64,000 nucleotides of DNA from an uncultured Chloroflexia bacterium. GTDB taxonomy: Bacteria > Chloroflexota > Limnocylindria > Limnocylindrales > CSP1-4. Position numbers and translations under genes: made by a program. The stretch spans positions 298-64,297 of the forward strand of contig CAVPPQ010000006.1 in the NCBI GenBank assembly GCA_963707395.1, read 5' to 3'. Within the stretch, counting starts at the first letter, position 1. Every line of letters starts with the position of its first letter. The notes beneath the pieces are model-generated. The model made no database searches and was not told the origin of the DNA. It saw nothing but the letters and a program-made list of their open reading frames with translations. Positions 19,662 to 28,753 of the stretch are shown here, in pieces.

Positions 19662-20375
19662 TCAGTCGAGGACGAGCCAGCCGACCTTGGCGGGCTCCGG
19701 CACCGCCTGGTTGAGACGGACCACCACGAGCCCTCCTTCCGCGTCCAGGACACTCGCCGACTCGACGTGCACGCCGGGGAAGTGCTCCTGCAGCGTGGCC
19801 AGCACGAGCGATCGCTCGGACAGGCCGCCGGCCACGGGGATGACGAACTCCGCCCCGCCCGAGACGGAGGCGATGCCCGATCGGCCGCCCAGCTCCAGGC
19901 GACCCTTGGTGCGCAGGGCGACCCCGTCCTTCTCCGACGCCAGCGCCTCCACGGCGCTGCCGCCGCCCTTCGCCACGAACTGGCCGGCGATGCCCTCGGG
20001 TGATTCGACGGTGCCCTGCACGCCGATGGAGGTGCCCTTCTCAGAGGTGGCCTCGCCCTGCACGCCCACGCCCTTGGCCGAGCTGGCCGAGCCGCGCACG
20101 CCGACACCCTCGCCGCTGCCGCTGATCTTCACCTGCAGCGCCGGCCCCTTGGACGACTCGAGCTGAGTGGGCTTGGTGGCGCTCGACTTGTCGCCGACAC
20201 GCAGCGGTTCGCCGTTCTTGGCCGAGGTCACGGAGGCCAGGCCCACCACCCCGAGCAGGCTGGCCAGGGCCGCGGCCCCGCCCGACCGGAGCACGTGGCG
20301 CCGCGTGGTCGGCGGCTCGGCCGGGGCAGCCTGTCCGAGCGCGCCCTGGTCGTGATCGTGTCGTGTCGGCGTCAT
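19662..20375 (-). CDS. Putative Tat-exported protein with GxGVxG repeats
   Basis: TTRRHVL twin-arginine signal; GVGVRG/GVGVQG/SIGVQG repeats; AGGAGGT RBS. Confidence 0.7.
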   Translation of the reverse strand: MTPTRHDHDQGALGQAAPAEPPTTRRHVLRSGGAAALASLLGVVGLASVTSAKNGEPLRVGDKSSATKPTQLESSKGPALQVKISGSGEGVGVRGSASSAKGVGVQGEATSEKGTSIGVQGTVESPEGIAGQFVAKGGGSAVEALASEKDGVALRTKGRLELGGRSGIASVSGGAEFVIPVAGGLSERSLVLATLQEHFPGVHVESASVLDAEGGLVVVRLNQAVPEPAKVGWLVLD

Positions 20376-20561
20376 CGCCACCTCCTGTGCTCGTCTGGGC
20401 CCCTGCGACGACGCCCCCTGCTGGCCATCGATCGTAGCGCGCTCCCGGCTGCTGCGCCCGAGCCGCGAGGCCGCTGACAGCACGAGGCGCCCTCGCCAGG
20501 AGAGCGCCTCGTCCATCGAGCGTGTCGGGCCAGCGCCCATCGCGTCGCCCGCGACTGGGGG

Positions 20562-21737
20562 TCAGCCCATGGCAGCCGTGAAGCTCACCTGCAGGGCGCC
20601 CTCGTCATCACGCAGTTCGAGCGTGCCGTCCGGGCTCACCGACCAGGTCGTGGCGGCCAGGAGTGCCGCGTAGTACTGCTGCGACTGCTCGGACAGGGCG
20701 TCCGACTCGCATGCCATGCGCGTCGACCCGATGGCGTCCGAGATGCTGATCTGGTCGCCGTCGATGCTGTAATCGGTGAAGTAGTCGTTGCAGCCATCGA
20801 AGCCGGTCAGGCGGCCTTCGGCATCGAAGACGGCGGTCACCAGCGGCGTGGTGTCCGAGGTCACGACCGCGTTGGCCCCGTTGTTGAGGCCGCTCGCGAC
20901 CCAGCCGCCCAGGATGCTGGCCTCGGGCGCCATGGCGTACTCCAGGACGATCGTGCCGCTCGCATCGGCGAGGCTCAGGGTCGAGCCATCAGAGGCCCAG
21001 GAGGCCACCGTGGCGAGGTTGGCCAGGTAGGCCGTCTCGACCTCGCCGGCCGGTCCCTCGCAGAACATCTGGGTGGCGCCGATGGGGCCGAAGACCAGGC
21101 TGGAGCCGTCCAGCGTGTAGCTGGCGAAGTAGTTGTTGCAGCCGCCGGCGCCCGCAGCGCGGCCCTCGTCCAGCAGCAGCGAAACGACGATCGGCGGGTC
21201 GCCGGACGGCAGCGCCGCCAGCTGGCCGTCGACCGCCTGACTGGTCAGCAGCCACGTGATGCCCTCGATGCTGGCTGCCGGCTCCGTGGCCGCGGGCAGG
21301 AAGTTCAGGATGGGCTGGCCATCCGCGCCACCCAGCACGAGCGAGCCACCGGTGTTCGCCCAGGTCGCGACGCTGGCCAGGTTGGCGAGGTAGGCGGCCT
21401 CGACCTCGCTGGCAGGCCCTTCGCAGAGCATCATCGTCGAGCCGATCGGGCCGAAGGTCAGGCTCGTGCCCTCCAGCGTGTACTCGCCGAAGTAGTTGTT
21501 GCAGCCGCCGTTGCCGCCGCCCGCGCCGTCCTCCAGCAGGAGGGTCACGATGACGCCGTCCGGCACGGCGGTCATGGTGCCGTCGATGGACTGCTCCACG
21601 AGCTGCCAGGGGATGCCCTCTGCTCCTTCGATGGGGATGGCGTCAGGCTCATCGCCCGCCGCGAAGGCCGACGTTGCCATCGAGGCCAGCAGCGCGCACG
21701 CCGCCAGCGAACCGAGCAGGGTCCGGGTCTTGGTCAT
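20562..21737 (-). CDS. Secreted protein with three META (HslJ) domains
   Basis: Signal peptide; GxGGCNNY / GFDGCNDY and STMMLC / ATQMFC / STRMAC motifs three times. Confidence 0.9.
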   Translation of the reverse strand: MTKTRTLLGSLAACALLASMATSAFAAGDEPDAIPIEGAEGIPWQLVEQSIDGTMTAVPDGVIVTLLLEDGAGGGNGGCNNYFGEYTLEGTSLTFGPIGSTMMLCEGPASEVEAAYLANLASVATWANTGGSLVLGGADGQPILNFLPAATEPAASIEGITWLLTSQAVDGQLAALPSGDPPIVVSLLLDEGRAAGAGGCNNYFASYTLDGSSLVFGPIGATQMFCEGPAGEVETAYLANLATVASWASDGSTLSLADASGTIVLEYAMAPEASILGGWVASGLNNGANAVVTSDTTPLVTAVFDAEGRLTGFDGCNDYFTDYSIDGDQISISDAIGSTRMACESDALSEQSQQYYAALLAATTWSVSPDGTLELRDDEGALQVSFTAAMG

Positions 21738-21819
21738 GTGATCGACCTCCTCATGGGTCATTGGACTGTCGGAGTCGTGCGCAGTCGCTCACGATCCCGT
21801 CGCCGCGCTATGACGCAGT

Positions 21820-24435
21820 CTACGTCGTGCCGGTTCCCCGCTCGTGCGTCGTACCTTCCGGGGCACCGGGCGCCTCGAGGGGTGCCGGTGGGGCGACGCC
21901 CAGGAAGCGGTCCACGAAGCGCCCCCGCCAGAAGACCCACACGAGGGCCGCCCACGCAGCCAGGGCCGCGAGCACGACGAGCACCTCGCGCGGACCCAGG
22001 GGGTGCAGATTGAAGAAGGCCTGCAGGGGCGGCACGACCAGCACGATGGCGAAGGCGATCGCCAGGATCAGCGCCAGCCAGGCTGGCCGCTTGTCCGGGG
22101 AGACAGGCTCGATGACCGCGAGACGATCGATCGGCGGCTCCACGAAGAGCAGCAGCAGCAGGCCGACGCTGACGAGGAAGGCCGTCACGGCCGTGCGAGC
22201 CAGGGGCTCCACGCTCGCCGCTTCGACCAGGCCGGCGTCGCGGTCCGCCTCGGCCATGACCAGCACGACCGCGGCCACCAGGAGGCCCAGGAAGGAAGCC
22301 ACGGCCGCCGGGGGCACCACGAAGCGCGCCAACGTCTGCTGGAGCGTCTCCCGGGGCAGGCGACCGGGCCGTGCCCAGATGGCCAGCAGGGCGGTGGGGA
22401 TGCCGACCGTGAAGAGGGTGATGACCGAGGCGTTGCGCAGGTCGACCGGGAAGAAGCCGATGACCAGGGCGGAGACGATGAGCATGCCGAGCGACAGGAT
22501 GCGGGTCAGGAAGACACGCAGGATGTCCTGCATCCCGTTGAGGATGCGCTGGCCCTCGCCGATGGCGGAGGCCAGGGCCGAGAAGCCATCGTCGATGAGG
22601 ATGAGGTCCGCCACGCCCCGCGTCGCCTGGCTGCCGCTGCCCATCGCGATGGCCAGGTTCGAGCGCTTCAGCGAGAGCACGTCGTTGACGCCGTCCCCGG
22701 TCATGGCCACGTAGTGCCCCTGCTCGCGGAAGGTGCCCACGAGCCGTTCCTTGAGCTGCGGCGTGATGCGGCCGAAGACAGCCGTCCGCTCGGCGACGCT
22801 GCTGAAACGTTCGTCGTCCATGGCCTCCAGCTCGGGACCGGAGACCACGCCCCGGCTCGTGTCCAGGCCGGCCTGGCGCGCCAGCGTGGCCACCGTGTCC
22901 GGGTCGTCGCCGGAGATGACGCGCACGTCCACGCCCATGGCACGGAAGCGCCGCAGGGTCTCGGCCGCGTCCTGGCGCAGGACGTCCCGCAGGACGATGA
23001 GCGCGTAGGGCCGTAGATCAGCCGGCAGGACGGAGGCATCGCCCTCGTCGACCAAGGTCGTCGCATCCGGGCTCCAGGCGGCCAGCAGGACCCGCATGCC
23101 CTGTGCGGCGTGGTGGGCCACGAGACCCTCGATGTTGCGCCACTCCGCATCGCTCACCGCGAGATAGCGCTGCAGGAAGGTCGGCGCGCCCATGGCGTAC
23201 GTGCCGCCCGGCGCGGCATCGGGCTCATCGCCAGGCGGCAGGCTGACCGCGCTCCACTTGCGGGCTGACGAGAACGGCGCTTCCTCGATCGGCGCGCGAC
23301 CCGCCACCGGCACGGCGGCGGCGATGGCCTCGCTGGTCTTGTTGAGGGCGGCGCTGCTGGCGACCATGAGCGCCACGGCCGCGCGCGCGCTGGCCTCCTC
23401 ACCCTCCAGCGGCACGATCTGCTCAAGCTCCAGCTGGTTGGCCGTGAGCGTGCCCGTCTTGTCCACGCAGAGCATGTCCACGTGGCTGAGCGATTCGACC
23501 GCGTTGGCCTGCTGCACCAGCGCGCCGTAGCGGGTCATGCGCACGGCCGCCAGGGCGTAGGCGATGGCGATGGACACGAAGAGGCCGTTGGGGATGAGGC
23601 CGACCAGGACGGTGGCCTCGATGACGGCCTCGTCGAGCGGCACGTCAAGCAGGACGTTCTTGACGACGAGGAGCAGCTGCAGGTACAGCACGATGGCCAG
23701 CGTCACCCGGATGACGGTCTGGATCTCGCGCTGCAATGGCGTCAACGTGCGTCGGAACGTGCGCGCCCCGGTCGTGATGCGGCCGGCCAGGCTGGCCTCG
23801 CCGACCGTCTCCGCCACGTAGCGGCCCCGCCCGGAGGTCGGGTAGCTGCCTGAGAAGACCCGGTCGCCCGGCCGCTTCGGCACCAGGTCCGACTCCCCGG
23901 TGAGCTGTGACTCGTCGACCTCGATGCGGCCCTCCGCCAATCGGCCGTCCACGACGATCTGGTCGCCGGCCTCGACGGCGATGAGGTCGCCGACGACGAG
24001 CTCCTCCGGTCGCACCTCGCGCACGTCGCCATCGCGCACGACCTTGGCCGTCGGCCGTGTGAGCAGGGCGATGCGGTCCAGCGTCTGCTTGGCGCGCACC
24101 TCCTGGACGATGCCGACCAGGATGTTGGTGCTGATGACGGCAAGGGAGACGAAGGCGTCGAAGGGCCGGCCCACGAGGACCAGGGCAAGGCCCATCAGGA
24201 AGAGGACGTTGTTGACGAAGGTGAAGACGTTCTCGCGGACGATGGCCGTGTACGTGCGCGTGGTGGCCGGAGGAGCCACGTTGCCGAGGCCTCGGGCGCG
24301 CCGATCGGCGGCCTCCTCCTCGCTCAGGCCGCTGGGCAGGGTGGGCGGCAGGTCGACAGGCGTGTCGGCGTCAAGGTCGGGGGCCGCGCGCCCGGGTGGC
24401 GACTCCGGGCTCGGGGCCGGATCGGCGTCAGCCAT
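21820..24435 (-). CDS. Cation-translocating P-type ATPase (CtpE-like)
   Basis: LTGES, DKTGT, ISGDD, MTGDGVND; multiple TM helices. Confidence 0.92.
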   Translation of the reverse strand: MADADPAPSPESPPGRAAPDLDADTPVDLPPTLPSGLSEEEAADRRARGLGNVAPPATTRTYTAIVRENVFTFVNNVLFLMGLALVLVGRPFDAFVSLAVISTNILVGIVQEVRAKQTLDRIALLTRPTAKVVRDGDVREVRPEELVVGDLIAVEAGDQIVVDGRLAEGRIEVDESQLTGESDLVPKRPGDRVFSGSYPTSGRGRYVAETVGEASLAGRITTGARTFRRTLTPLQREIQTVIRVTLAIVLYLQLLLVVKNVLLDVPLDEAVIEATVLVGLIPNGLFVSIAIAYALAAVRMTRYGALVQQANAVESLSHVDMLCVDKTGTLTANQLELEQIVPLEGEEASARAAVALMVASSAALNKTSEAIAAAVPVAGRAPIEEAPFSSARKWSAVSLPPGDEPDAAPGGTYAMGAPTFLQRYLAVSDAEWRNIEGLVAHHAAQGMRVLLAAWSPDATTLVDEGDASVLPADLRPYALIVLRDVLRQDAAETLRRFRAMGVDVRVISGDDPDTVATLARQAGLDTSRGVVSGPELEAMDDERFSSVAERTAVFGRITPQLKERLVGTFREQGHYVAMTGDGVNDVLSLKRSNLAIAMGSGSQATRGVADLILIDDGFSALASAIGEGQRILNGMQDILRVFLTRILSLGMLIVSALVIGFFPVDLRNASVITLFTVGIPTALLAIWARPGRLPRETLQQTLARFVVPPAAVASFLGLLVAAVVLVMAEADRDAGLVEAASVEPLARTAVTAFLVSVGLLLLLFVEPPIDRLAVIEPVSPDKRPAWLALILAIAFAIVLVVPPLQAFFNLHPLGPREVLVVLAALAAWAALVWVFWRGRFVDRFLGVAPPAPLEAPGAPEGTTHERGTGTT

Positions 24436-24439
24436 AAGG

Positions 24440-25148
24440 TCAGTCCCGCCCGATGCCATAGCGCAGGATCACGTCGTCATCCTCATCGATCTCGGTGCCC
24501 AGGAGGGTGAGGTGGACGGCCTCGGCGAGCGGCCAGCCCGGCCCACCCACGGGTGTCGGGGCGTCTTCACCCCCGAGCAGGAGGGGAGCCACGGCCAGCT
24601 GCAGCTCGTCCACCAGCCCGGCCTCCAGGAGCGCGGCGACGAGGGTGCCCCCGCCCTCGACCATGAGCTGCGCGATGCCCTGCTCACCGAGCTCGTCCAG
24701 GAGCCGAGCGAGGTCCACGCGCGTTCCCTCGTGGACGATGAGGCTGACGCCCTGGGCCGTGAGCCACTGCTCGGGCCTCGGCGTCCGTGGCGCGCGTGGT
24801 GGCCACGAAGACGGTCGCGCCGCCGTCACTCAGGAAGTGGCTCGGGAAGGGCAGGGCAGGGGCATCCCCCCCGGGCTGTCCGATGCGCGAGGTCACGCCG
24901 ACCTTGGCCGGCTGCGCCGTGCGACCGGCCGCCTGGCGGCCGCCGCTCAGGGCCGCGTCGCGCACGGTCAGGCGGGGGTCCTCGCCCAGCAGCGTGCGAC
25001 CCCCGACCATCACGGCATCCGCGGCGGCGCGAAGGCGATCCACCCGTGCCGTGTCGGCCGTGCCGGAGATCCGTGCACCGCGACGCTCTCGCGAGTCGAT
25101 CTTGCCATCGGCGCTGACGGCCATGTTCACGAGCACGTGCGGGCGCAT
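24440..25148 (-). CDS. RibD C-terminal-type pyrimidine reductase; frameshift near 24775
   Basis: MRPHVLVNMAVSADGKI, DAVMVGGRT..EDPRL, then LMVEGGG..GLVDEL...AP in a second frame. Confidence 0.85.
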
Positions 25149-25206
25149 CGCGTCGAATCCTAGCGGGGCGGCGAGGACCTCGGGTCGTGCGTCGTATCGT
25201 TCCGGC

Positions 25207-26031
25207 ATGCCGACCCACGTGCGTCCGCCCGGCGCCCTGGCACGCGACCTGCGTGCGCTCGGCGTGGTGACGGGCGATGCGCTCATGGTGCATGCCTCCC
25301 TGCGGCGGATCGGCCCGGTCGAGGGCGGCGCCGAGGGTGTCATCGACGCCATCCTCGAGGCCATCGGCCCGCAGGGCACGATGCTCATGGTGCTGGGAGC
25401 CGCCGACGAGTGGGCGTGGGTGAACGAGCGGTCCGAGGCTGAGCGACCCGCGCTGCTCGCGGACGCCGAGCCCTTCGATGCCACGACGACGCCCGCCGAC
25501 CCCGAGGTCGGCGCCCTGGCCGAGGTCTTCCGTCGCCGACCCGGGACGCGCGTGAGCGATCATCCGGAGGGCCGCTTCGGGGCAGCCGGGCGGCTCGCCG
25601 AGCGCTGGCTCGCCACGGTGCCATGGGACGACTACTTCGGACCCGGCTCCCCCCTCGAGGAGCTGCTTCAGGCTCGTGGCCGGGTCCTGCGCCTCGGTGC
25701 CGACCCAGCCACCACGACGCTCCTGCACTACGCCGAGTACCTTGCACCGATCGAGCCCAAGCGACGTGTGCGCCGCTACCGCCGCGTCCGCACGGCCTGG
25801 GGCAGCGAGGTCCGCGTCGTGGACTGCCTCGATGACAGCGCTGGGATCGTGGATTACCTGCCGGGACGGGACTACTTCGCTGACATCCTGGCGGACTACC
25901 TGTCCCTCGGGCGGGCCAGCGTCGGACCGGTCGGCGCGGCCAACAGCGAGCTCATCGACGCCGCGGACCTCGTTGGCTTCGGCGTGGATTGGATGGCGGC
26001 CCACCTGGCCGGCGCTGGCAGGGTGACCTGA
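25207..26031 (+). CDS. AAC(3)-family (Antibiotic_NAT) N-acetyltransferase
   Basis: LMVHASLRRIG, FDA..TP, SDHP..RF.A.G, GPGSPL, TLLHYAE, DSAGI. Confidence 0.88.
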   Translation: MPTHVRPPGALARDLRALGVVTGDALMVHASLRRIGPVEGGAEGVIDAILEAIGPQGTMLMVLGAADEWAWVNERSEAERPALLADAEPFDATTTPADPEVGALAEVFRRRPGTRVSDHPEGRFGAAGRLAERWLATVPWDDYFGPGSPLEELLQARGRVLRLGADPATTTLLHYAEYLAPIEPKRRVRRYRRVRTAWGSEVRVVDCLDDSAGIVDYLPGRDYFADILADYLSLGRASVGPVGAANSELIDAADLVGFGVDWMAAHLAGAGRVT

Positions 26032-26228
26032 GCCGCCATGACGCACACCGAGTCGCGTCCCCGGCACCCGCAGCCGATCGATCGATCCTTGACGGGGAGC
26101 TCCCGGGCCGCAGTGCGCGAATCGATGCGAAGCTCCCCGAGGTCGCGCGCTGGCGCTGGCTGGGCCGCCTCTTCAACTGAACCCGGGCTGGTCCGTCGCT
26201 CGGCCGGCGCCCCGCAGGGGGAGCGACC

Positions 26229-26612
26229 CTACCTGGCCAGGGCCTCCTTGATGGCCGCGTCCAGCTTCTCTGCGGTGGGGATGCCCACCAGCGGCACGAC
26301 CTTGTGGGCGCCTTCCACCTCCACCCAGTCGAGCTCCATGCCAGGGGCCGTGAGCACGATGGGGATATCCGGATGGAGCTCTCGCAGGCCCTCGATGAGG
26401 GAACGACCGCTGCCCGATTCCATCGTCGACCAGACGTCGTAGACGAGCACGTCCGCGTCCTGGACGGCCGGGCAGTGCTCGCCACGCAGGACGGGGCAGG
26501 AGTAGCCGGATGGACCCGAGCACTCCACGGGCTCGTAGCCCATCCGCCTCAGGGAGTCGACCTCCTGGTCAGCCAGGTCGATGTCGTGGTGGACGACGAG
26601 CACGCGCGTCAT
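26229..26612 (-). CDS. Atypical single-domain receiver-like protein with Cys-rich insert
   Basis: RVLVVHHD...GY...DVLVYD...PDIPIVLT; insert CSGPSGYSCPVLRGEHCP. Confidence 0.7.
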   Translation of the reverse strand: MTRVLVVHHDIDLADQEVDSLRRMGYEPVECSGPSGYSCPVLRGEHCPAVQDADVLVYDVWSTMESGSGRSLIEGLRELHPDIPIVLTAPGMELDWVEVEGAHKVVPLVGIPTAEKLDAAIKEALAR

Positions 26613-26783
26613 GGGTCAGCCTCCATGCGACGACCCTGCGGTCGATGCGGCGCAGTATGCGCGCGCCATCCTGCGGCCGCTAGCCGTTCGGCACGGTGGG
26701 GCGACGGCGGCAGTCGAGCCCCACACGACCACGCGGCCATCGCCTGAGGACCGCTCGACTCGGAACAGCCACTTGCAGGAATC

Positions 26784-26825
26784 GAATGGATGTTCTATTC
26801 TCGCCCCATCAGCCTCCGCTATAGT
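26784..26825 (+). promoter_or_regulatory. tRNA promoter (-10 TATAGT) with an upstream near-consensus LexA box
   Basis: GAATGGATGTTC 26784-26795 (1 mismatch to GAAC-N4-GTTC); TATAGT 26820-26825. Confidence 0.5.
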
Positions 26826-26834
26826 GGAGGCCCT

Positions 26835-26920
26835 GCGGCGGTGGCGCAACGGCTGACGCGATGGCCTCAAAATCCATTGTCCGAAAGGACGTGTGGGTTC
26901 GAATCCCACCCGCCGCACCA
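26835..26920 (+). tRNA. tRNA-Leu (anticodon CAA)
   Basis: Acceptor stem GCGGCGG/CCGCCGC plus ACCA; loop CTCAAAA; long variable arm GTCC-GAAA-GGAC; T arm GGTTCGAATCC. Confidence 0.95.
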
Positions 26921-26956
26921 AGCGATCAGTCCGAGTCGCGGCCCCGGTGCCGGGCT

Positions 26957-27559
26957 GTGCCACCTGAGCCAACGCTGTGCATCGATGCTCGTGGCCTCGA
27001 TCGTGCGTATGTGTATCTGCTGGGTCTCTATCTGGGTGATGGTGTCATCTCGCGTGGTGCCCGCGATGTGTGGAGGCTCCGCATCTCACAGGACAGCCGG
27101 TACCCAGGGCTCATCAGCAGCTGCAAGGCGGCCATCGCCGAGGTCACCGGCAAGAAGCCCGGTGTCGTGAGCCGCATCGGCTGCGTGGATATCAACTGCT
27201 ACTGGAAGCACTGGCCGTGCGTCTTCCCACAGGTCGGTCCTGGCCCCAAGCACCTCCGCAGGATCGAGCTCGAACCCTGGCAGTGGGATCTTGTCGAGTC
27301 GTACCCGAGGGAGCTGGTCAAGGGTCTTATCCACTCCGACGGCTGTCGGGTCACGAACCGCGTCCGGAACCGCATCGGAACGCGGTATGAGTACCCTCGC
27401 TACTTCTTCACGAACCGCTCCGCGGACATCATGGGGATCTTCGTCCACGTGTGCGGGATGATCGGCGTGGAGTGTCGGCCCAACCGCCGCTATGACGTTT
27501 CCATCGCCCACCGTCGGAGCGTCGCCATCCTCGACGAGTTCATCGGTCCCAAGGGCTGA
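26957..27559 (+). CDS. LAGLIDADG-like (two-motif) endonuclease-fold protein directly downstream of tRNA-Leu
   Basis: YLLGLYLGDG and LVKGLIHSDG motifs, YPRYFFTNRS; start uncertain. Confidence 0.75.
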   Translation: MPPEPTLCIDARGLDRAYVYLLGLYLGDGVISRGARDVWRLRISQDSRYPGLISSCKAAIAEVTGKKPGVVSRIGCVDINCYWKHWPCVFPQVGPGPKHLRRIELEPWQWDLVESYPRELVKGLIHSDGCRVTNRVRNRIGTRYEYPRYFFTNRSADIMGIFVHVCGMIGVECRPNRRYDVSIAHRRSVAILDEFIGPKG

Positions 27560-27691
27560 CCGCCCGGGCGCCGAAGGTCTCCAGATCGGCTCCTGCTTCG
27601 GCTCGCGGAGCGGCGGCGGTCCGGTCCCGCGGCCGGTGTAGACTCGCGAAACGCCAGCTTTGCCGATGGTCTCCGGAGGATGTCGTCGTGA

Positions 27692-28753
27692 GTGACCGGA
27701 ACCGCGACCGAAACGTGGGCTGCGCCTCCCGCGATCTCCCGGGAGCGGCCTGACGTGCCCGTGATCCGCCCGCCCCGTCTGCCCGTGCGCCCCGTGCGCC
27801 GTGGCCGGACCACGCTGGCGCTGCCTGAGGAGCCCCAGGCCGACCCGTCGATCATCACCAGCAGCGGCATCCGCTGGATCCACATCCCCAAGCCCCGCCA
27901 GGCGGACCAGGATTGGCTGGAGGAGCGCTTCCAGTTCCACCCGCTCGACTACGAGGACATCTACTCGCGCAATCAGCGCCCCAAGGTGGACCGCTACGAC
28001 GACTACTTCTTCGTGGTCCTGCAGTTCCCGCGCTTCGACCGCGACCGCGAGCGGCTCAACGTCGTCGAGCTGGACCTCTTCGTCGGCGCCGACTACGTCA
28101 TCACCATGCCCAACGCGGACCTGGAGCCCATCGACAGCCTCTTCGCGCGGTGCCAGGAGAGCGAGGAGGTCCGCGAGGGCTACTTCGAGAAGGGCGCCGC
28201 CTTCCTGCTCTACAAGATCGTGGACCACGCGGTGGACGCCTCGTTCCCCATGCTGCGCAAGATGGGCCAGAAGCTCGAGAAGATCGAGGACGACATCTTC
28301 GAGGGCCGTTCCGAGGAGGTCGTGCGCGACATCTCCAACCTCAAGCAGCAGATCATCAACTTCCGTCGCATCGTGCGCCCCCAGCGCGTGGCCTTCCGCG
28401 ACCTCGAGCGAGCCATGGACATCACCACGCCGGAAGAGCTGGACGTCTACTTCGACGACGTCATCGACGCCTCGGAGCGGATCTGGGACACCCTGGAGAA
28501 CTACAAGGAGGTCATCGAGGGCCTGGAATCCACGAACGAGTCGGTCCTTTCGCACAATGTCAACGACATCCTGCGGGTCCTGACCTCCTTCAGCGTCATC
28601 GTCCTGCCGCTGACCCTCGTGGCCAGCATCTTCGGCATGAACGTCCTCTTCCCGGGTGAGCAGACGTCCACCGCCTTCTGGGTCATCGTCCTGGCCATGG
28701 CCATCATCCTCGTCGGCATGGTGGCCTTCTTCCGGAATCGCGGCTGGCTCTGA
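27692..28753 (+). CDS. corA: Magnesium transporter CorA family
   Basis: FHPLDYED, RPKVD, two C-terminal TMs with GMN signature. Confidence 0.95.
   Translation: MTGTATETWAAPPAISRERPDVPVIRPPRLPVRPVRRGRTTLALPEEPQADPSIITSSGIRWIHIPKPRQADQDWLEERFQFHPLDYEDIYSRNQRPKVDRYDDYFFVVLQFPRFDRDRERLNVVELDLFVGADYVITMPNADLEPIDSLFARCQESEEVREGYFEKGAAFLLYKIVDHAVDASFPMLRKMGQKLEKIEDDIFEGRSEEVVRDISNLKQQIINFRRIVRPQRVAFRDLERAMDITTPEELDVYFDDVIDASERIWDTLENYKEVIEGLESTNESVLSHNVNDILRVLTSFSVIVLPLTLVASIFGMNVLFPGEQTSTAFWVIVLAMAIILVGMVAFFRNRGWL

Noticed and set aside
26861..26956. LAGLIDADG ORF starting inside the tRNA
   Set aside because: The ATG is part of the anticodon stem with no RBS; open-frame read-through is probably coincidental.
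27625..27680. Fluoride or Mg2+ riboswitch upstream of corA
   Set aside because: Only a partial resemblance (AAACGCC...GCCGATGGTCTCC). The 5' consensus is missing, and the leader after the TAGACT -10 is too short for an M-box.
26920..27700. Prophage or integrative island at tRNA-Leu
   Set aside because: No integrase and no duplicated tRNA 3' end seen in the window; housekeeping corA follows directly.
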